This document shows positions 50,395-64,000 of a DNA stretch of 64,000 nt, one piece after another. Origin of the DNA: the human T2T-CHM13v2.0 reference genome, Homo sapiens; assembly GCF_009914755.1 (NCBI RefSeq), contig NC_060946.1; one strand, given 5' to 3'. The notes under the pieces are model-generated. The model saw only the letters and a list, made by a program, of their open reading frames with translations, did not search any database and was not told the origin of the DNA. The first letter of the stretch is position 1, and each line of letters begins with the position of its first letter. Both the position numbers and the translations under genes were made by a program.

Positions 50395-52863
50395 GAGTTG
50401 GGGATCTGGAGTGGAAGGGGAATTCATTTGTTCATTGTCTATCCTTTTGCATTAATTGAATTTTTTTCTATACATACATGTGAATTTTCACAATAAAAGT
50501 TTTTTCCAAAATAAAATAAAAGAAACAAAAGGGGCTTTTTGCAACCCAATTCCTATCTATGTCTGAGTCCACTTGTATTGAATGAGTCTTTCTGCTAACG
50601 TCCTTATATTTGGGTGACTATCTGAATGTCAGTGACCAATCAGAGCAGAGGCAGACCTTGGAGTGGGCAGGGCATCCTGAGGGCCCTGATTCCTGCCATA
50701 AGGCATAACCCTTTAGGTGCCAGACCATGGGGAGGTCCAGGGGTTGCAGGGGAGGGCTGTGCATCTGCAATGGCTCTCAGGGGGCTCCCGGTGGTGGCAA
50801 TTGGTGAATCTGCATGGTGGTGTTTCAATATTGTCACAACCCTGCTGTCTCTCATGCTCTCAAAAAGCATTTCTCTTACCTGTGACAGACTTCCTATACC
50901 TAACAGCTTGCAAAAATGTTCCAGATTAATGAGAATAATCTCTCGGAGCCATACCTCCCTGCTTGGGGTCTCAGTTTCCCCAAATGTCTCCAGACAAGTT
51001 AGGCTAGAAGGCCCCTGAGTCTCAGCCCCTCTATAGCCCTCCTGTCACCCAGACCTGATCTGGCTCTTGCACCCTGGGTGCAGCATGACAGGGGTGGGCA
51101 GGGGCTGGCTCTGGGCCAGAGGACCCTTTCTGATGGACTTCAGCTGTTGGCCTTCCAGGGGAGACTGATCAACCTCACAAGAGTCATACGGTGAGTAGCG
51201 GTGGGCAAATCCATCCCCCTCATCTTAGATTTATGGGGAGACAGAGACAAAGAGGAGACACTCCAGGAAGACCTGCAGGTGGGAGTACCAGGTTGAAACC
51301 AAGGACACCTTCCTGGAGGAGCTGCCGTTTGAGCCAGCTCTGAGAACAGGTGGAGACAGGACTGGAGAGGAGGAGGGTGTGCCCTATGAGCAAAGACTGG
51401 CCACCACCCCATCTAACACCCCCACAGGGCCCCTGTGGCATCCCTGTCCAGTCCCTGTCACCACCCAGTTTTTCCCTCTGGACCCAGGAATTCAAAGTAA
51501 GCAAGGAGGTCCGCTGCTCCAGTTGGCTGCAAATAATTACAACCTTGAGCCCAAGCAGCACTTTGGGTCCTGGTTTGGGACCATGAAGCGGCTCGGTGAG
51601 ACTGAGAGGTAAGGCCAGGGCACGAATTGGGATAGTAGGATTGAACTCTCCCTGGGGGCCAGCCTCAGAAAGCCTGTGGCCATGGCCTCTTGGCCAACAT
51701 CAGATCCTGTGGTCTGGCAATGCCTGGGGTACCCAGACCTCACTCTGGACAGGCCCTGGGAGGGAGCCCTGGTGAGATTCCTGGCAGCCTCACAGCCACT
51801 CTTCTGTCCGTAGCTACAACCTGTCATGCCAGCTGGAGGCTCCATCCCAGTTGGCTGGGAGCACAAAGGCCAGGAAGATAGACATCACCCACCACAGGGG
51901 CCAGTCGGGGCCTGAACCAGGGCGGGCAGAGGTTGGCTGCCTTGGGATATGGGTGGGCTCAGGGAGTCAGACAGCAAGGGACTAGCCTCCCATCCTACTG
52001 CTGAGCAGCCCTGTGACTGGGGAGAGTCACCTTACTTCTCTGGGCCTCAGTTTCCCCCTCTGTGGAGTGACACTAAATGATCTCTCTGGAGACGGGGATC
52101 AATAGGGCACTGGTGATTGACCAGGCACTCAGCACATGCCTGGAGCACACAGTGCAGGGCTGTGGTGGGGAGGTGGGCTGAGTTCCTAGGGAGTCACCCA
52201 TGTGTGCCTGCCGTTCTGACCAGCCACCAGGCCCTCAGGGCAGAGCCCACTACCAGCAGCAGCTCACACCCCAAGACCAGCTCAGAGGCGGCCCCTACCT
52301 CAGCAGCAGGGACATCACAGACACTTTGAGCTGGCACTAGGGTGGCTTCTCCAGCTCCCACGGGGAGAGGGGTCCCAGCTGAGTCCCACTCACGTGGAGT
52401 CTCATGCCCATGAAAGTGCCATTCACCACTGGCCAGGCTCATGAGGCCGCATGAGAGGGGGGTCACTGGGGAGGAGATATCGGGGGAACAGAGAGGATGG
52501 TTGAATTTTTGTATAATAGGCAGTGCAAGTGTTTACCGTTTGGGAGGGGAAAGGTTTGTTATTATTAGCAATGCTACACTTCAATATTACACTAAAATCC
52601 AGTTTCTCTATAACCTGGGAGTTGCTCTTTTGTTCTTTCTTTTCCCATCTTAATTAAAATGAGATGCAGACTCTCACGGTCCACAGTCGATTAAGAAATC
52701 TTGCACGGCCATCAGGTTATGTCTTGGAGAGCAGAGTTTCAGTACCATCAGCCTGGCAAGGAGCTGGGCCTGCTCCTCAGAGCTCCCGGGACTGCGAGAA
52801 TTGGCATGTTCACAAGGCACCGTCACAGCCTCTGAAACACGCTGTCTTTAAAGATGTTTGCAG

Positions 52864-53160
<297 letters not shown>

Positions 53161-55145
53161 CACAAAACACAAAGACATTTGCAAGGACCATGTCCTCACC
53201 CAGAATGGTGCCTGCCTTTCTACAGTTTTTCAGGAAAAGGAAACATTTTCTGCTTCTCTCGCTGAGGTTTTTTTTAACCACCCATTAGGAACCTATAGAT
53301 TTCAGGATCGAACACTGGGATTCCCTCAGCACTAAAGGAGGAAAATTGCAAACAGAGCTGAAAGTGCAATGTGGAAAGGTCAGGCTGAGGAAGGTTCTTA
53401 GCCAGTAGACCAAGGGCAGGAAGGACACTGCCTCCTCAGTCTCCCACTAGGGAACTTGTGATTCTTGTCCCCTGACCTCAGAATTCCTTGTCATGTTTGT
53501 TTTGTCTCCAAGGGAAGGGTTTGAATTACAGAATTTAAGGCTAGAGTGGGCCTCGTGCAGTTAACATTAACCCTCTCTCTCCTTCGCTGGCCAAGGTGAA
53601 GTCCGGAAACATGTAGTTCTGACGTCCACTCTCTCGGGGGATCACCAGTTCACCCATCTCACCCGGCAAGCTGGGACCTAGTTTGGCGACAGGCATCTTC
53701 CACCCACCTGGGAGGCAGGGTTCAACACTCTGCCTCTGACCTTGTTTCCTTCTTCTGCCACCTGCTTAGGCAGCCAGAAGGGGTTGTCCAGCCAGCACCT
53801 GGGCTTTGGCGCTCCTCAAGCAGGTGGAGGAAGTTTCAGGCACCTGGCTCCTCAGGTGTCTGCCATCCAGGTGCTCTTCAGGCCTGCCCAGCAGAGCTCT
53901 CTTGATCCAGCTAGAACTGGCCAGAACTGACTCACTCAGGAATGTGTAGACTTTGGCATCAGGGGCTGCTTTAATTTGCACAATTTCCAAATACCTCTTT
54001 TTTCTTCTTTTTCTGATGAGTCATCTTCCTAGACTTTCATTTTAAAGAGATAGATAGTTATCAGGTTCCAGAGAAGACATGGTAGAACATTTATATCTCA
54101 AAGACACAGAGCTGAGACTTCAGTTTTAGATACTATAATTTGCCTAAACCAAAAAGGAAGGTGTAGGTAAAGTTCTAGTCAAGACAGGATGGCCAGGAAA
54201 AACACCTTAAACCAAGGGATGGCTTGCTTTGCTGATTTAATGGCTTATCATAAGACTTCCCAGTGATTTAGTCCTCCCTCTCTTCCAGTGCACAGAGACA
54301 TACCCCTCCTTACAAATAAAAATGTTCTTTATAGATGTAAATTTATTTTACAAAAATGTTTCAAAATAACCAGATGAAAATCATCCTTATGCCAGAAAGA
54401 CTTGTTTTTTTTTTCATTACTAGAAATGAAACAGTAAGTATTTGTTGTATTGACATACTTAGGCTTAGACCTGTGTTTAACAAGAAAGCCTAATAATAGC
54501 ACTGTGGTTAGACTGTAGCCTATTTTTCCAAACCATCATTTTATTATTAAGGAAACGAAGGACCAAATACCTTTCATTCATCTGATATGATCCTTTAAAA
54601 CACATTCCACTAACAAGTCCCATTTGGAACAGCTGAAAATCTTTTAATAAAACTTTTTAAAGATGAGCTCATGGCTTAGTGTAAATTTCACAAGCTTAAT
54701 TAGGTCAAATGGAAGGAACTCAGATGAGTAGTTGCCCAATCAGAGCCCATTATTTGTAAGTCATCAGACCCCTCCATGACCTTAAAACTCCACTCTGACC
54801 TGATTATTGCAAACCTATATACAACAAAGTGAAAGGATTAATTTTCATTCATCAACCTCTCAATCCCAGATTTTCAAAGAAAAAACCTATGTAAGGAATA
54901 CTTACCAAAACCAGACAGGAAAATTAGAGCCTGCATACTTTAGAGTCAAATTTGTTCCACTACAGCCAGGTCGCATACAATTACATCATTTGGTTCTTCA
55001 TACACTCTAGAACTGACTAGGACAGAGTTTAGCATAGAACTGTAAGAAATAGGTTCTGAAACATAGAAATTGCAAAGTTCAAAAGGCTATGAAAAAAACT
55101 AATGTAAATGAGAGACTCCCCTCACTTTGTTTTAAAGAAATAGAC

Positions 55146-55905
55146 CCATCAGAGAAATGCAAATCAAAACCACAATGAGATACCATCTCACACCAGTTAG
55201 AATGGTGATCATTAAAAAGTCAGGAAACAACAGGTGCTAGAGAGGATGTGGAGAAATAGGAACACTTTTACACTGTTGGTGGGACTGTAAACTAGTTCAA
55301 CCATTGTGGAAGACAGTGTGGCCATTCCTCAGGGATCTAGAACTAGAAATACCATTTGACCCAGCCATCCCACTACTGGGTATATACCCAAAGGATTATA
55401 AATCGTGCTGCTATAAAGACACATGCACACGTATGTTTATTGCGGCACTATTCACAATAGCAAAGACTTGGAACCAACCCAAATGTCCAACAATGATAGA
55501 CTGGATGAAGAAAATGTGGCACATATACACCATAGAATACTATGCATCCATAAAAAATGATGAGTTCATGTCCTTTGTAGGGACACGGATGAAGTTGGAA
55601 ACCATCATTCTCAGCAAACTATGGCAAGGACAAAAAAACAAACACCGCATGTTCTCACTCATAGGTGGGAATTGAACAATGAGAACACTTGGACACAGGA
55701 AAGGGAAAATCACACACCAGGGCCTGTTGTGGGGTGGGGGGAGGGGGGAGGGATAGCATTAGGAGATATGCCTAATATAAATGATGAGTTAATGGGTGCA
55801 GCACACCAACATGGCACATGTATACATATGCAACAAACCTGCACATTGTGCATGTGTACCCTAGAATTTAAAGTATAATAAAAAAAATAAAAAAATAAAA
55901 AAATA
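55146..55905 (+). mobile_element. 5'-truncated L1PA (ORF2 C-terminus plus 3' UTR)
   Basis: WKTVWPFLRDLELEIPFDPAIPLLGIYP...MFSLIGGN, G-rich tract, A tail. Confidence 0.93.
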
Positions 55906-58764
55906 AATAGATGTTCTGTAAAAATATACACAATTTTTACAGACAAATACATTTATAAGTTGTTTTTATCTTAAAAATTGGGGATATTTCATATTTATAA
56001 CTAATTATTGAACCTTAAGTTTTCTTGGCCATTTATAGGCTAATAAACTAAGAATCATGTAAACTAAGCCAAAGTAGAATAGACATAAAAGTCCTAACAC
56101 TTCAACTTCCTATCCTTCAAGAAGTATACCTCGCAAAGCTCATTTGAGAGAGGAAAAGCTTTCCTCCACCCTCTGTTTTACAGCGCTGAGGTTTCTCATC
56201 ACATTTCTATGACTTATAGCTTAAATCCATGTTACATGGTCACTGGCATTGTTAGTGCTTCTCTTTTAATACTGTAGGAATTAATCAATTTGGTGGCGTA
56301 TTTAATTAATTCTATCACTAGAGGATTGTAAAATTACATATATGAATACCTCACTTTAGAGACCACTTAATTTTTTTCCAAGGGGATATTTGACTATATT
56401 TCACTTGTGTCTTATTTAATGATTTTATAATTTAAACCCTAAATTATAAATCTAGAATTTAGAGAGTATATTTCCCCACTGGATTACATTTTTGGAATTA
56501 TTATATGTGCACAAATATTACAAAATCACTGTAGACACCTGAAAACTATATTATCTTTTAAAGGCAATATTTACATTAAACTGGTATAACAAAATTGTTT
56601 GGTGCATTTTTTCCAGTACATTTTGTATATATTACATGTTTAACCTTTTTTTATTCAGCAAATAATTTTTGAGTATCTACTAAGTGCTAGGTTCTGCATT
56701 ACTAATTGAATTTAAAGAGTGAAATAACAGACATGGTCTCAGACAATAAAAATTAACATTAGGTCACCTATTTACATATTTTAAAATGGTAATTATGAAA
56801 ACTTTGAGATTTTAAACTAGATAACATTATAATAATACACTTGATGTTGTTAATATTTGCCAGTGAGCAAAAAAGAAAATAAAAAGATGGTTTTATTCAA
56901 TATACACTTTAAAATTGCAGAAAATAGTCAAGTTTCTCTGCTTTGCAGTTTAATGTCTATGTGTTTTTCTCTGCAACTTGGCTTTTGTGGAGTGAAACAA
57001 TTATTCTTCCAGCCCAATAAAGGCAGAAGAGTAACAATAAATCTAATATTTTAAATGCTTATCAAAAGATAGTAAACATATTATTTCAGAATACTGAGTT
57101 CAATAAGTTGACCTACAAAAAAAGCCAAACTGACAGTATTACTGAATAAGGAAAGGCCCAAAGAGACAAAATACTTTTTATTTTGTAACCTCGGTATGAT
57201 ACAACTTACCCTAACTATAAAGACCCTAAATTACCAAGATGGGTGCTTATAATATGGAGAGTAAAAAAAGTCATTTCACTTTTAGCTTTTTTATTTCTCT
57301 CAGAATAAAAAGTGTATAAGGAGTTTATAAAGAAGTTGATACTATAAGTTAGTACTACAAAGACAGCACTTTTCAAGAAAAGACTTTTTTCTCTCTTACA
57401 AATATCATGTTAGCAGTATTTGTTTTCTCCAGAAATAATGAGGAAATAAAAACATAAGTATGTGGGTAATTAGTGTAGTTTCTTAAAGAAATGAGTTAGG
57501 CAACAGGCTAATAATGTATACTTCGCTGGCTTTTGAATGCCAACAATCATATTCTTTATAAGGCACAGAGAAGATTTTTCTGAAGAATAAGTATGTGAAC
57601 CTGAAAAGTAATCGCCACTTGGTAGTGACAATATGGATAGGGTGAAGGGCGTCATCAAGAAGCAATGAAAAGATACATTTGCAGTTAAATTTGAAAACCA
57701 TGATGTTTAATACATATAGTAATAAAGAATACTTTCTCCTATTTCAAAATTATTTTAGAATTAAGATAGAAGCTAAAATACCTAGGGATAATGATATGAC
57801 TATCAAAAATTAAAAATTAAAGGACATTTTGAGTATTATAAGTTAAGAATGAGAACTTATTACCCAAAGAACAGGGGATAATTCATTATGCTCCATATCC
57901 ATTGAATTAAAAGACAGGCCCATTACCTGGATAATTTGAAAGTTTAATTTTATTTAAAAGTCTTGTTTCATTCATCAAGCTAAAGGATTAGCTCCCAGAA
58001 ATATTCTAGGATTGCATATCCCCAACTCTGTAGGAAGTATAGAAAGAATGTTATAAGGGCCACCATCTAAACATTATTATGTAAATAATTTAGTACCATT
58101 CCATTTGCCTTTGTAGATTTAAAAATGTAAATGGCTTTCTCATATTAGGAAACATCACTTTTCAAAACCCAGATAAACATAGTATATTGCAAGAGAATAA
58201 TTATTTTCTTTATTAAAAAATACTGGATGCTAAGTCCAAAAGACATAAATTATTTTATACTAATAACTACTAACATTTTATTCATTAAAATATAAAGGTC
58301 AAAGATTTTAAAATGATCTTTAAATGATTAATAACATGTTGATCTTTTTCTTCTTTCTGTAAACCTTTTTGAGTCTTAACAATACTAAACTATACAAGCA
58401 ATATTAAATAGTATATAAACGGATTAAAATATTCAAATTTACTAGAATGTGGATATTGGAAAGAATGAAAATAAACAGAAGCATAAAGCAGCAGATATAA
58501 AATTAAGAAAGCAACTAAGAGTGTTTAAAGTACATATTCATCTGTAGTCTAATGTCTACCATAAACAATGACTCTTCTCAGTAAAACACAAATTGTTCAT
58601 GAAGGGAAAAAGCATGTTGTATTAGAGAATATTCAACATAATTTTTTTAGTACTAACTTGTGCCTGGAGTATTATTGGTTTTTCCATTATGAACTTATGC
58701 ACTTGATAATTTTTTTCATAAAAATTGTATGTACAACTCCATTCAAAAGCAGTTTTTGGTGGGG

Positions 58765-59063
58765 TTTTTTTTTTTTGAGATGAGTTTTGCTCTTTTCACC
58801 CAGGCTGGAGTGCAATGGTGCGAATTTGGCTCACAGCAACCTAGCAACCTTTGCCTCCTACGCTCAGGTGATTCTCTTGCCTCAGCCTCTCGAGTGGTTA
58901 GAACTACAAGCATGCACCACCATGCCTGGCTAATTTTGTGTTTTTAGTAGAGACATGGTTTTGCCATGTTGACCAGGCTGGTCTTGAACTCCTGACCTGA
59001 GGTAATCCGCCCACCTTGGCCTCCCAAAGTGCTGGGTATGGGCAAGAGCCACCATACCTGGCC
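58765..59063 (-). mobile_element. Alu
   Basis: Reverse Alu; TSD tcaaaagcagttttt. Confidence 0.88.
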
Positions 59064-59435
59064 TCAAAAGCAGTTTTTAAAAGCAAACACAATATAACAC
59101 CAAAGTTGAAAAATCTATGCTCACCCAAGGATGCCAGGTTTAATAAATTATTTATAGAATACTGCATCAAAAATAAGACAATAACCCAAAATATACCATT
59201 AAAGATGTATCCACTCCTACAACTAGAGATAATTAATCTATCTGGTAGCAAATGATACTTCAATCAGTTTCAGCATGTCTGAAATCTTTAAGGACAAAAG
59301 TGATAAAACATGACTTCATTCTTCATTAGACTCTTAGAACACTTGAAGGAAAATAATTTCTGAAGCACAAAGAGGTAAGGAGGTGTAATCTTCCAAAAAG
59401 ATATTCAGTGTTCAAAATCCAAGAGTGCAATATCA

Positions 59436-59721
<286 letters not shown>

Positions 59722-60274
59722 GAGTGTAATATCGGTATACACAGATAATATACTGAATGAAACAAATAGAATAATTTGAAGAGGTATCTTGATGAACAAG
59801 GAGTCATTAGAAAGGTTGTATTCATGTCTTTGAAGGAAATTGCAATGTGAGAAATTAATACTTTGACTACTATACTAAAAGTTTATTGCTAACATGTATT
59901 GAGTTATTAACATGTGTTAGGCAGAGTGCCATATAATTTACAAGTGTTATCTCATTTATTGTAGGTGAAATGTAATTTTGAACTCTGGAAGTATAAATGA
60001 ATTAGATAGAAAAAAATTCTATTTAAATGGCCATCAGTAAATGGGTATCTAGGAACAGGGTGATACAGTGCCCAAGTTTTCTATTCTTACTAAATGTTGT
60101 GTTTCATTTTCAATGTTTTCTTGGATATTGCTCTTTTTTTGTGATTTTGATTTTTTTTTTATTTTAGAAAACTAATAAATTGACTCTTCTTGGTACTGAC
60201 TCGGGTTTTATAGAAGAAAAAGTAATTAAATTCTGTACATTTACCTTTACCTCATCTTTTTCTCTTTTAAATTT

Positions 60275-64000
<3,726 letters not shown>

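Overview
Primate (most likely human) genomic DNA from the immunoglobulin lambda variable locus (22q11.22), recognised from the one intact protein-coding gene, VPREB1 (two exons, 145 aa, + strand, 28353-28876). Upstream of it are a degenerate V-lambda pseudogene (3203-3696, probably IGLV(IV)-53) and a second, more decayed V-lambda relic at about 150-394. Also upstream are a duplicated last intron plus last exon of TOP3B (TOP3BP1-like, - strand) fused to an ERVL pol remnant, and a near full-length, strongly diverged intronless copy of URI1 (12241-14085, - strand) split by an Alu. From about 33.3 kb the sequence changes character and looks like a segmental-duplication block. It holds AT-rich and GC-rich tandem arrays, local direct and inverted duplications, an L1-derived 159-bp array, ERVL/ERV1 remnants and a large frameshifted L1PA running off the right edge. 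About 45 Alu copies explain most short ORFs. The best novelty candidate is the URI1 retrocopy: removing the Alu and one target-site copy restores a 511-codon ORF, which suggests a once-functional retrogene. All homology calls are from recall, not database searches, and repeat boundaries are approximate.
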